DNA from: Ascidiella aspersa
Lineage: Eukaryota
Length of the DNA: 64,000 nucleotides
Assembly (NCBI GenBank): GCA_963924565.1
Contig: OZ004609.1
Location: forward strand, 28,644,001-28,708,000
Direction: 5' to 3'
The translations under genes were made by a program, and so were the position numbers. Below the pieces are notes generated by a model. It saw only the letters and a program-made list of their open reading frames with translations, was not told where the DNA came from and searched no databases. The stretch's first letter is position 1, and each line of letters starts with the position of its first letter. Of the stretch, positions 1 to 12,749 are shown in pieces.

Positions 1-493
1 CACACGAATTACCATTTTAGAGCAAAATCGATATAAGTATCATCTGATGCAATTCATTCAAGCCATTGCTCACAATTTAGAAATAAACGTGGTTTGATAA
101 CTGGATTGATGTCCCTCATTTGTCGGCAGGGTTTTTGTTGTTTTTAAGTCCCTTTTGGTTTCAATCCTTTACTACTCTCTTATTTTTAGAAAAATAAAAC
201 ATGTTGAAGTCTTTTTTGGTTTCAATCTTTTACTGAGCTCTTGCTAAACAGTGTTTGGTGTGCGTGCTCCTGGCCATTTTTTTTGTTGTCGGATTCAATA
301 AAGGATTTTGGCTAAAATTGTTAAGTGAACAATGGGAAAAGTATCGTCATGGTGCTGTTGCGACATTCACCGATTTAAATTAACCGCTATCGCTCTATCG
401 ACAGTCGCCTTTTTAACGGGTGCTATTGGAGCCCGAGCAATTGCACATAACACGAGCTTAACTGTTATCCACGTCTTTGATGTTGTTGTTCAG

Positions 494-3043
494 ATTCGAC
501 TACAACAAAAGGCTTCCTGGCTGCTCGAAAGAGGAGCGGCTGGACGTTTACAGGACCATGGTGGAGGATCCGCGATGCGAGCTCCTTCAGCTGCTTCCAC
601 CAAAGAAGAGAAGGAAGAAGACCGGCCTGGTGTCGTTTCCCGGCTCCGGCAACACGTGGACACGCCATATGATTGAACTCGCCACCGGTTTCTATTCAGG
701 CTGCGCTTACAACGAGATTCTTCTTCACGAGGAAGGTTGGTTTGTTTTTTTTTCGTATGGAAAGCAAATAATTTTGGGTCAAGGTTTCCTGATTTGAAAT
801 ACACAGGGAATTTCGTTACCATAAGAGCCTGATCGGTATCCCATAAGCCAGCTGATTGGGTAACAAATTTAAGTCTTATTTAAGTAGCGTTTCGATTTTA
901 CATTAAGTTTTGACTAATTTTGTAGGATGTTTGAAGTTGGATCACAGAATTTTATTTTCACAAAAAAACGCATATGTGGATTTTAGAGATAGAGCTGTAT
1001 TTGCCCAAACTATATCTTGTTATTGCAGGTTTTCTTGGAGAGTTACTCAGGCCGTCCGAAGGGAGGACCAGGGTAATCAAAGACCACATCCACAAACTGG
1101 AAAAGGCAGAAAAGTACGATGACTACATTCTCATCATTCGCAATCCCTACAATGCAATATTGGCCGAATTCAACCGAAACGCAACGGACGGAAATCACAC
1201 CGGTTTCGCAACCAAGAAGCAGTACAGGGAAAGTAAGATGGGCATAACAATAATTGATATGCACCCTGTAAATACTGCATACAATGTTGGTTGTCTTTAT
1301 CTACTATGAACTTGTTCGGTCATGATAAGCACCTAGCCCACCACTTACTAAGCCTTAACAAAGAAAAAGTAGTTATAATAAAGATAAAAGTATAGCTTTT
1401 AAACAGGGCAAACTTACAGCAAATCCGTGTTTGTTCTGGTAAAGAAATTAATTATAATAATGTCAAAGCCCACACAGAAGCACGTAGCATATTTTAAACG
1501 TTTCACATAAATGTTATTTGTTTTCAACGTGGTTAAGATAGCAGTCCATATATATATATATATATACTGCTAAGGCAGACTTTGGATAAAGGGACTAGAC
1601 TATAGAGGATGAAAAATGTATCAAGATAACGATTTTCGGCGCGTTTCAACTAAACGTATTTGCCGTTCTGTAAGTCTCTATATTCAAGAAAGCTTTACTG
1701 CAACTCATCTGTAGCGGACAGCTAGTTTAACATCACGACAAGCCAACTGACGGCATTGGTTTTGACCAGTGTTTCTCAACCTTTTATGCTTCGTGGCCCC
1801 CTTTGAATGCTTTCAACCCTCGTGCCCCCCCTGCTTATAAAAATAACTAGCATTGTGTTTAACGTATTTTCACTTGTTCTACATCTTGACTTTAATAACA
1901 AATACAGCCATTAATCAACCAATTTAGAAAGTAAGTAATTTTATTTAAATTAACTTAGTTAGTCATTACAAAGCTTGTTATTGGACTCCCGCCATGTATT
2001 TTTTTATACTCCGCTCTGTTTTGTGCTGAGCCATGTCACTACATTCGTCAGGACGATTTCTCTATTTTCGTTTTATTAATGCGTTACTATTACTTAATAC
2101 GCTGTGCATAACCTAACTGAATATTGGCTTAAAATTGTCCTTGCGTAACTTTGCAGCGTCGTTTTTCTTTTTCAGCTGCACGCCCTTTAGGAAAATTGCT
2201 AAATCGGTGTACCTGGCATTACAGTTTCTCGCTCAAAGCATTTGTCGCACACATTTTAATGATTAGGCGAAGGATATCGGCAAGTAATTGGCCGCCCGAT
2301 AATGCCGAGGCCGCACTGCATGGTTGTACGTATAAAGCAGCACAGTAATTGTTTTGCCACAGCGACAGGCCTTTAATCAAATTTGCCACCCACTTGCGTA
2401 TGTTGAATTAGGGGTAACTTCCGCGATAAAACACACATGGTGTCAGAAAAATGTGTTACAAAACGTTACTGGAAAGTTTTACTGTCATAATAAAAAACAC
2501 AAATTTAAGGGAACTGGCAAATTAAAAAAAATAGTGACACTTTGGTTTTGCAATATCTAGCTAGAGAGTTATGCCCCGTGGCCCCTCAATGACCGCTCTG
2601 TGGCACCCCAGGGGGGGCGGGGGCCAAGGTTGAGAAACCCTGGTTTAGGCTTTTTCTAAACCTGTTTTGTAGAGTTTCTGATCGTATTTAGCGAACTGAT
2701 CAGCGAGTGGCGGAGCGTACCTGGGACGTTGCTGTCCAGCGGCAAGCCTTGCCTCATCCTCTTTTACGAAGATATGCTTCAAAAACCGCTAGAAAATGTC
2801 AATCAGATCGTCCACTTCCTCATGGACAAGCACCAGATGCCGAGCAACGTCGACGATAGGCTAGCCTGCCTCGGCCAGCAGCTAGCCGGCAACTATAAGC
2901 GCGACAAAGGAAAGGGTTTCGACCCTTTCACACGCGACATGATCTTGAGGCTGAACGGCGACATCAAGGCGCTTCGCGAGCTTTTAATTCGAAAAGGAGT
3001 CGTGCGAAGATTGCCCGATTACGAACGGGAACTGCCTTACTAA
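494..3043 (+). CDS. WSC-domain sulfotransferase (WSCD1/2-like), copy 1; 5'-partial, exons 494-735, 1029-1232, 2673-3043
   Basis: Phase-consistent GT-AG exons encode the PAPS-binding motif LVSFPGSGNTWTRHMIELATGFYSG, IKDH, and IIRNPYNAILAEFNR, matching WSCD-type sulfotransferase domains. Stop TAA at 3041-3043. Upstream exons lie outside the window. Confidence 0.88.
1767..2642. mobile_element. hAT-like non-autonomous DNA transposon (MITE), 876 bp, in the last intron of WSCD copy 1
   Basis: TIRs CAGTGTTTCTCAACCTT...AAGGTTGAGAAACCCTG; flanks GTTTTGAC/GTTTAGGC (6/8 match). The paralogous intron of copy 2 has an empty site with one GTTTAGGC. Confidence 0.85.
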
Positions 3044-3919
3044 CAGTTATATAAAGCAGGTGTCGAAAAACAATGACCAAGTTGCCGAGCACAGTTTTGA
3101 AAAAAAAAACTTCTTTAGAATACCTTTTTAAAGGACATTTGACGTTCGTCTTATGAAAACCTTACGCAACTAAAATAAGATGGATGCACACTTTGCACAG
3201 CAATCCACACATAGGAGTGTCATATAACTCATTCACTCACTCTACGTGGTTGGAAAATGTTCCACCTTACAATTTTACAAAAAACAGTTTGCTGCCTGTC
3301 AGTTTCGAAATTTGATACTGCGCACGCGTACTTGGGTTGTTTTACGTGGTCTTACTCGAGTCCCGACTTCGACTACAGCAAAACAAACTGACTCAGTCGA
3401 GTCCCGAGTTCGACTTTGACTCCGCAGCCTTGTGGTATACCTCACTGTTGAGGGATTTGAAATACTATCTAACAGGCTCGCCATTTACCTGCTCGCATGT
3501 GAACGATTACTTTGACATAAAAGTGACTCGGGTTGTCTGAATTAAGCGACTCGGGATGTCTGATTTTTTAATTGCTCACGGTCGTCTAAAAATATACAAA
3601 AATAAACACAAAATAACACGTTGTTTTTAATGGTATCAATGGGACGGATGCACTTGCTTCTTTGCTATCAGCTCGGCTATGTTAACCTATAACGAATCAC
3701 TTTATTTGAGTGAAGCAATCACGAACAGTTTTAACAGTGGCAGCGCAGCAAGCTGTAAAAACGTAACTTTCGTTAGCACATCGCAACACTATGACGTCAC
3801 AATAGACCATTTAGCGTGCAAGTGAATGAACAATGGTTTGGAAAAGTAAGTGGCCTGAAAAGTTTATTGCACAAAAAAAGTTCTTCTTCAGGAGCGTCAT
3901 ATTGTTTTTTGTTAGTTGT

Positions 3920-3986
3920 TGCGCGGTCCCAGAATATTGTCTCGCGGACCCCAAAAGGACCGCAGGCCCCAGTTTGAAAACCACTG
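3920..3986. mobile_element. Right-end fragment of a hAT-like MITE
   Basis: GC-rich subterminal motifs CGCGGACCCC...GGCCCCAG followed by the TIR-like TTGAAAACCACTG. No matching left end found. Confidence 0.5.
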
Positions 3987-5121
3987 GGCTAGTATAAGAC
4001 TGGAACTAATACCCAAGATCCACGTGGTAGTTTAGATGGTTCTTTGATTTTAGGGCAGCATCAGTGCTGAAGTGATATTATGAATTTAGGCAACACACAA
4101 CCTACAAAACAAATACTTAAAACGTTTAATTCTTAAGTATTTCGCTTGTTTGAGTAGATACATGACGTCAATTGGTACATCGAAAACATTTGCCCTAAAT
4201 ATCGCGTCTGTATTGGAACTAAATGTTGTAGGCTAATCTGAAAAAATGACCGATATAAAGAAGAGAAAAACAGCTCTTCAACGAGGTTTTCAGTCTGATT
4301 TGAAGCTCTAAATGTTTATTGTGCTAACCTAAATTACACGTCATGCCACAATGCAACAAACGATCTATCTGGTACGGGTTAGAGTGCGACGTTGTTTTAA
4401 TTAAATAGCCGCTATACAAAAGTCTGTATACCGCCTGGCGATATCCGGCAATAAAGAATTCGCAGTCCGTAAGACCGTTTCCTATACGGTTTACAATCTA
4501 ATTCAGATGTATACTGCAGATCAGTGCCGTTTGCGAATATTTTGTTAAGTCTATACTTCAACAGGTGTCAGTTTTGCGTTCTTTTTTGCTATTAACATTA
4601 TTTTAAGTTGTTCAATGACGTAACTGTGTGTTGCCTTGTTCTGTACTTTTAAAATGTGTTGCGGCAAAACTAGTTGTTTATTAAAATCAAAGTTGTTATA
4701 GATTTCGCATTAAATCAAAGTTGTAATAGATTTCCATTATTGAAACATTTGTTGTGTTTTCCATGTAAAGAAATTTCCAGTTTTTAACCGGTCCACAGTG
4801 CAAAAAGCAAAAAAGTTTGCAGACCGCTGATATAGATGAAAGGAAATGAATTGTAAAGGACAACAAATATAAATTGGACTGTACAAGTATACTGAGATAA
4901 CGAAGTTACTTTTGGCTTTCGCGAAAGTCAGCAAAATAATTTGGTTTTACCAATTTTCATTTTATCTATTTTTTGATTTGTGGAGAGAGCGTTAAAATGT
5001 CCTTTTTAAAGCGTTTTAAAGCAACAATTTTACTTTCTGTAAACAGATTGGTAAAAGCATGGAGGTATTATGAAACGATAATGTTGTTGTTTCAAGTTAC
5101 AGGTTGAGGTGCTATTCAGAT

Positions 5122-8100
5122 ATGATTAAGTATCACAGACTCCTTGCTGGTATTTTTGGGTTGTGTGTCATTTATGTTTTCTTGAATAGCTTGGGCAGCA
5201 GTCGAACACGTTACTTAAAACGTCCGAAAAGGTTGGTTAATTTAAAAGTGATTTTTTGAAAAAGCTGTTAAAACTATTTCTTTGCAAACAATTAGGCCTA
5301 TTTTCGCAATTTCATTGGCAAATGAAAATTGTCTTTTTATCATTGGTAAATGTCGAAATGTTACGATTTTTCAAAGAATCGAAATATATTATAAATATTA
5401 TCAATGTTGAGACCTTAACGGTTTTATGATATTCAAACTGATGAAAATGGATATATTTTTAATCAGGGGGAGAGTAGAATAATTTTTAGGGTGAAAGTAG
5501 AATAATTTTCTTAGCGTAAAGATAAAAAGATTTGTTACCGGAACCCATAAATTCTCAGACATGGTGTCACAAAAGTTACGTCATAAAGGGAACATTTTTG
5601 TAGATACTATAACTATACGTATACCAAAAATCAATTATTTTATCGAAACGCCGTTCCGGCTTATACTTTTACAACTGGCTTTAATTTAAATATATGTTTA
5701 GGACCCCACGAGTTTTCGAAGAAGAATTCGACCGCGTATGTGAATGTAAGTAGATACTTGCAAGTAAAGATGAAGAGGAGTGTTATTCAGGCCCACATTA
5801 TTTATACACTGGTTCATAAATATGTTGTAGTGTTTAGATTTACTTGCATCTAGCCCAAGCTTGCCATTTTTTAGAAACGTAAATACGGAACGCATATTGA
5901 AAACTGTAAATAAACTTTATGTAGACCTACAACAAAATTGCAAATAATTTGTGCTTATTTGAAGTGAAACGGCTAAATACGGCTAAGCACGTCAAACGTA
6001 TTTTACGTAACGAAAACCAGTGACATATATCAATAGGGAACCACTCACTAACGTGAAACCTTAAGTTGTATAGCAGCCATTGTTCGCATTGCGTGATATT
6101 CAGCAAATACGTAATCCTGGGTACCATTCTGCGTCCAACGTATAAATAAAATCTCTTTTGAAACTGAAAATTGGTTACTATTAAAACCCCGCATAAAATG
6201 CGAACTCTCTAAATTTTACGCGGTAATAGAGTAAACAGACATCAAGAAGTTTTTAAACATATAAGTCTTAAGTTGGAAACATTAAAACTTATTTATATTA
6301 AAGCAATCAGTATGTTATGAATTTAATTGACATCTATCTATATAGAATTACTAACAAACGTTAAACTTTAAGTTGGAACAGCAATTGTTTAGACGCGTAA
6401 TATTCAAGCAAATAATACCGGAACCAGACTGAGTCATACGTGAAACAAAATCCTTGAAAATAAAAGTTGTTTAACGGTGACCGGGTTGCGACGGCGCTCG
6501 CTTACTTTCCACAGCACCCGCCGAATAATATCCATTTAATTTTTTTACTCACCACACACACAAAAAGAAACTATCCCCAGCAACCTCACCCCCAGAAAAA
6601 TATTTCTTAACACCCGCTGGTAAAATAATTAATTTATTTAAAAACAAATTGCTTGACAGCCTTATCAACCAAAAATGAAAAGTAAAAAGTATTACTTAGT
6701 TTTGAGAAAGAATTGCTAAATGGCTAACTCAAAAGTTTTTACATTTTTTAATTTCTTTTTTTTTTGTAAATTTCAAATTAAAAAAATTGGGACAAATTGG
6801 TTAACCGGGCGGGACACCGGGACAAGGCCCTAAAACCGGGACTGTCCCGGCTAAACCGGGACGTATGGCGAGTCTAACCTAGCCGATAGCAATGCGTTGC
6901 CAACGCACAAAACTAAAAATAAAGAAAGCGAACCTTTGGAAATACAGGCTGCTTTTAGGCAAATAATATTCTGCCAAATCACATGCCATGTTCAAAGTAA
7001 TCATTTATTAGTTTATTAAACTTAACAATTTACCTATGGACTATATCGAGCCAAGTTTGGCAATTGACTTATTGTTTGCAAATATACTAATCTACTTTAC
7101 TGCATTAATTTGCAGACCGTTATCTGGGATGTCTGCCGAGAGCTCAGAAGATAAACGGGACCGAATTGGTTCGCTTCTCGGATCCTAAAATGACGCGCAA
7201 GCTTTGCATACGATTTTGCAACCTGAAGTAAGATATATCAAATTGTCACGTTTTTTTTTCAAAAACAGTGCAGTTTGCTCGCCAGTCTAAACAACAATGT
7301 TGTACAGCTGTCATTAATGGTGTACAGCATTATAGGAAGCAAAATGATAACATCACAAAAGTTTCCATCGCAGGCGACCGAAGTAGCTTTACAAAGCCTT
7401 TAAAACAGTGATTCTTAACCTTTTGGTCACGGCACCCTTCAAAATAAATAAATAGATTTTCGGCATCCCAGCTGGAATTTTTCGTTCAGTTTTTTACTGA
7501 AATGCCACTATAAATGGAACTGAAACAATACAATCAACTTAAAATATGTAGAAAATGTCATTTGATAGAATGGTCTCTCATCGTACACAAATGTGTGTAT
7601 CAAGAGGCTTACCAATTGAGCAAAAAACAGATTTGTAGAAATTATCAAATACCTGTCGGCACCCTTGAGCAATAGAAATGGACATGGCACACCATGGCGT
7701 CGCGGCACCGCTGTTAAGAACTTCTACTTTAAAACAACAAATTATAGTTTTTTAACCCTTATTTTTGTGACCCCATAGGAATGACACCTTTAAATAAAAT
7801 TTAATTTTAATTAGGTTGCATATACTTTTTAAGTTTTATCGAGTCCACCATGTTTTAAAGTTTAATTTAGGACACTCTTTGTTTTGTTGATTTATTTTCA
7901 AGTATTGAAGGGATATCTTAAGGCTAAATATGCCCTTATTTGTTTTTTTAAGGCAAAAGACCTACGCGGGAATTTACCAGGACACCAATTGCTTATGTCA
8001 TCGTGATATCAGAGCCTTTGCAGATTATCTCGATAAAGCTCTAGGATGCCAGGGGAAGTGCTCAGACATCTTAAAAGACAACTGTGAAACGGAGGGAGAA

Positions 8101-11100
8101 ACCGTGCAGACCTTCTTCGTAAAGCAGTGCCAAACAGGTAAAACAGCAAATATAAAAATAATGATGTACGATGACTTAAAGCAAACTTCTATATCAAATA
8201 TATGCGGCTAAAATTATAGAAGGTTCTTGAACTTTTTCAACTGGCGGACACATTTTGCTTTCTTGAAACAATACGAGACTCTATCCAATTTTCTAAAAAA
8301 AATCAAAAGCAAGGTGAAAGCATTAAATAAACAACTAAATATTGTAAACAACATGTATTTAATTATCTTTAAACTAGATAGAAAAAGGATGTGCTACTGC
8401 TTTTGCTCGAAACAGCTTTTCAGTCAAAATATTTAAAATATGTTTTCCATGCAAAAAATTGATAAAAATAAATCCGGACTTCAGTTGTAGAACTACTGAT
8501 TTAAGGCAATACTAACCACGCAACTAAGAAATATATGCTTATTACTGTTATGTTGATGGAATTTTTAACAGAAAAGTACTTCCCAAAGTCGAAAAGGTGT
8601 TGCCCGCCAACCTTAGACAGATTCACACAATCATAACTTGTTCGGGAGCGCATTGGAATGTTGGCAAGTTAGAATAACCTACCCTGGTATAATGCAACGG
8701 CACCAAATTGACTTTATGAGACATCTAAAAGCATGAGCTGCATTGAAAAGTTGCCTATAATTGAATGCTTTTTTTTTTAATTGGCGGAAGATTTTCGATA
8801 ACGATGGTGTAAGTATACCAGACCAAAATATAAATATTCTCTAAAACCAAATTACCCACTGATCGTCCTTTGACAACAAACATGTTTATTTAACAAAAGT
8901 TCGTCCTAATTTAAATGAACAGGTATCTCACAGCCACACAACAATGTACACTTTTGCACAGATAAATAAATACAGTTCCTGACTTTTGAGGGGTCACGGT
9001 CACAGTATGCGATTCCAACTTGTCTGAAGAAGACCTAACCCTGGATAAATTTAGAACAAAGTTGTTAGAAGTTCTTTAAACATTTCGGTGGATGCTTCCA
9101 GCATAATTAGTGCATTTATGGATTGCTTGCAACTAAGCACCACTCTGAGACTGTTAAGCTGCCCGGACATGTGCAAACGATAGTTAAAGTGGTATTAATA
9201 TAAGCCTTGCTTGCCCTCAACAGTGCCGCTGCAGGAATCATTCTTGTCCTCAAAACACATCGGCTGTTTTGGGACCGACGTCAACCCCCTTTCCCTCCGG
9301 CCGGTGAAGGCTCCCCTCTCGTCGCCGGCGGGATGCTGGCACGCTTGCAACACCAGAAAAAGGCCACTGGCGGCGGTACAGAGCGACACCGGGGTGTGTT
9401 TTTGCGGCCAAATGACTACGAGGTAAAGTGGGGTACAAACACTTACTTTTCAAATTGACTCGATTAACGTTCTAGTGACTTGCTATAAAGTCATACTCGA
9501 CAATTCGACATACATGGCCCCTTTTTATGCCCTTATATGGTGTTTAACAAGGCTTCGATGAAGTCGATTTGTTTAAATAGCGAATCTACTGAAATTACTC
9601 GGGTGTTTAAGAATGTAACCTGTAAAACTGATGTTATTTAAAACTAGAAAGATTTAAATGTATAACAACACTTGGCTGTCCATTTTTTGTAAAGTATCGC
9701 ATGTACAGTTTAGTTACAGCCCGAAAGTCAAACTGTTCCGAGAGCAGTTACAACACTATATAAAAAACAACATGCTGTAAAACAATATGTGTTAGATTAG
9801 TATAAACCTTAACAAAACTATGGACAAATTAAACTATAAATCCCTATAACTTGCTTTATTATTTCTAGGTAGGAATAAACTACGCAAAAACAAAAACTAA
9901 TCGGCGCAGAATATGGCAACCAAGGCGACTTTTAACCAAGATTGATATACACACAAGTCACACATAATAGTTTCATGAGCTCGACTTTTATCTACGTCGT
10001 TGACGTTTGTGTTCAGTTTTCACTACAACAAAAGGCTCCCTGGCTGCTCGAAAGAGGAGCGACTGGACGTCTACAGAACCATGGTGGAGGATCCGCGATG
10101 CGAGCTCCTTCAGCTGCTTCCTTTAAATAATAGGAGGAAAAAGACCGGCCTGGTGTCGTTTCCCGGCTCCGGCAACACGTGGACACGCCATATGATTGAA
10201 CTCGCCACCGGTTTTTATTCAGGCTGCGCTTACAACGAGATTCTTCTTCACGAGGAAGGTTGGTTTGGGTTTTTCGTCGTATGGCATGCGAAGACATTTA
10301 GGTCAAGGTTTACTGATTTGTAAATCACAGGAAATTTTGTTACTATATAGTTAGATCCTGATAGGTATCCCATAGCTAAAGGTAATGTTGTAACAAACTT
10401 AAGCGTTTAGAAGGCCTAGCAACGTTTATAATATACAATAAGTTTGAACTAGTTCTCATGTTGTTGGATTAAAGGATTTTGAATTTACAAACTACTATGG
10501 CCGCATAATAAATTTCCTCTAATGGCGACGCCTATTTTACTAGATTTAAAATAGTTAGCCACAGCTGTATTTGCCCAAACTATATCTTACTATTGCAGGT
10601 TTTCTTGGAGAGCTACTCAAGCCGATAGAAGGGAGGGTCAGGGTCATCAAAGACCACATCCACAAACTGGAAAAGGCAGAAAAGTACGATGACTTCATTC
10701 TCATCATTCGCAATCCCTACAATGCAATATTGGCCGAATTCAACCGAAACGCAACGGACGGAAATCACACCGGTTTCGCAACCGAGAAGCAGTACAGGGA
10801 AAGTAAGATGGGCATAACAATAATTGATATGCACCCTGTGAATACTGCATACAATTTTAGTTGTCTTTATCTAGTATAAACTTGTTTGATTATACTAAGT
10901 CTAACACACGGAAAGCACCCACATAGCACTTACTAAGCCTTAAAAATCAAAAGTAGTAATATTTAAAGATAAAAATATAGCTTTCAAAGACGACAAATTT
11001 ACAGCAAATGCGTTCTGGTGACGAAATTAATTACAATAATGTTAAAGACCACACAGAAGTTGGTAGCATATTTTATACATTTCGAATAATTTTAATTATT

Positions 11101-11821
11101 TTCAACGTGGTGAAAAAGCAGTTCATAATATGGACTGCTTTCTTCAGCACTACTAAGGCAGACTCTGTATAAAAAGGGACTCTACTGGAGGATGAAAAAT
11201 GAATCGAGAATTAATTTTTTTTCGGCGTGTTTAAACTAACCGTATTTTTGTCGTTCTATAAAAATCCTGTAGACAAGAAAACTTTACTGTAACACGTATA
11301 GCTAAACTGCCTAGCGAGCAGTTTAACGTCTAGCGGGCAGTTTAACGTCAGACAATCCCACTGTACGGCAGTGTATGGTTTAGGCTTTTTCTAAACCTGT
11401 ATTTCTAGAGTTTCCGGTCGTCTTCAAAAGACTTATCGGCGAGTGGCGGAACGTACCTGGGACGTTGCTGTCCAGTGGCAAGCCTTGCCTCGTCCTCTTT
11501 TACGAAGATATGCTCCTAAAGCCGCTTGAGGGCGTCAACCGGATCGCGCACTTCCTCGTGGACAAGGACCAGATCCCGAGCAACTTCGCAGAAAGGCTAG
11601 CCTGCCTCGGCCAGCAGCTGGCCGGCAACTATAAGCGCGGCAAAAGAAAGGGTTTCGACCCTTTCACACGCGACATGATTTTGAGGCTGAACGGCGACAT
11701 CAAGGTGCTTCGCGAGCTTTTAATTCGAAAAGGAGTCGTTCGAAGATTGCCCGATTATGAACGGGAACTGCCTACAACGACCAAGTTTCCGAGCACGGCT
11801 CTGAAAACAACCATTCCTTAG
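5122..11821 (+). CDS. WSC-domain sulfotransferase (WSCD1/2-like), copy 2; complete, exons 5122-5231, 5702-5745, 7116-7227, 7953-8137, 9224-9422, 10017-10258, 10599-10802, 11409-11821 (1509 nt, 502 aa)
   Basis: Type II signal anchor (MIKYHRLLAGIFGLCVIYVFLNSL), a WSC domain (YRYLGC...MTRKLCIRFC...YAGIYQDTNCLC), a second WSC-like domain (HIGCF...CWHAC...VCFCG), then the sulfotransferase domain. All eight exons join in phase at canonical splice sites. Confidence 0.9.
6425..6876. mobile_element. Degenerate MITE with CCGGGAC subterminal repeats
   Basis: Ends CAGACTGAGTCATACGT and ACGTATGGCGAGTCTA are imperfect inverted repeats, with repeated CCGGGAC/GTCCCGG motifs at 6806-6862. No clean TSD. Confidence 0.55.
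7406..7726. mobile_element. hAT-like MITE, 321 bp
   Basis: TIRs CAGTGATTCTTAAC...GTTAAGAACTTCTA, perfect 8-bp TSD CTTTAAAA, repeated CGGCACC motifs. Confidence 0.85.
8217..8498. mobile_element. Degenerate hAT-like MITE
   Basis: Imperfect TIRs TAGAAGGTTCTTGAACT...AGTTGTAGAACTACTG with subterminal GCGGAC/CCGGAC. TSD not evident. Confidence 0.45.
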
Positions 11822-12749
11822 AATACCTTTTTGAAGGACATTTGACGTTCATCTCATGAAAGCATTTTAAGGAGTTGTGTGATGTGTGGGAAGCGTCATT
11901 TTCTCTCCATACCTATTATTTATCGTTCTCGTTTTACAGTAATACGAACAAGGTAACTTAACGCACAAAAATACGTGTGTTTGTCGAACAACAGGTAAAT
12001 TAGACCTAGATTTTCTTTAATAATTTAACTATAGGGGATTTCTAAAAACTTTCGTCAACGTAATTCTTCGAGGTGATGGAAACTTGCAAGCTAAAGTTTT
12101 TTTCTGGCGTTAACCTTTTCAAACCTTCACCATTCTTAGAATTAGGAGGACTGGGGGAGGGTTACTATATAAACGAAATTTGGTTTGGAAGATTTTAATA
12201 TATTGCAGTCTGTGCTAGTAAAACGTTTTATCACAAATTAACCAAAAAAAAAAAACAATAAATAAATGAGGTACTATTTCGTTTGAATGCAAAACAACAT
12301 TTTGAATTTTTTTGGCAAAAACGACGATAAACCAAATACTTCATTTTCACAGCGCAACTAATCGGCACAATTCTTGCTTGTTTTTATTTACTAGCCGCAA
12401 GATCTAAATGGTTAAAATGAAAAAATCTTTGAGAAATCACCAACTACGAAGTATTGAAGCTGCTTAAACGAATACGACATAGAAACTGAAGGAGAGTTTG
12501 ATATACGGTTACGTATGAAGTCGAGTAGGTATGTCTGACACAATCGTGTGGTAAAATAAAAAAGTGTCTTTAGGGTTAGAAGTCCTATTCAAATAATATT
12601 TTCAAACAAATTTTCGTTTTAAAGGTAGAAAACTCTACTTTAGTTGGCAAAAACAACAAAGCTTAAATGCACAAAGTCATTTGGTAACGGATCGGCACCG
12701 ATACGTACCCGATATAGTATACACAAGTTGACATGAAGTCAAACAAGTT

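Noticed and set aside
8572-8636. Candidate WSCD exon after TTTTTAACAG
   Set aside because: It hits a stop in the required phase, and 8137 splices cleanly to 9224.
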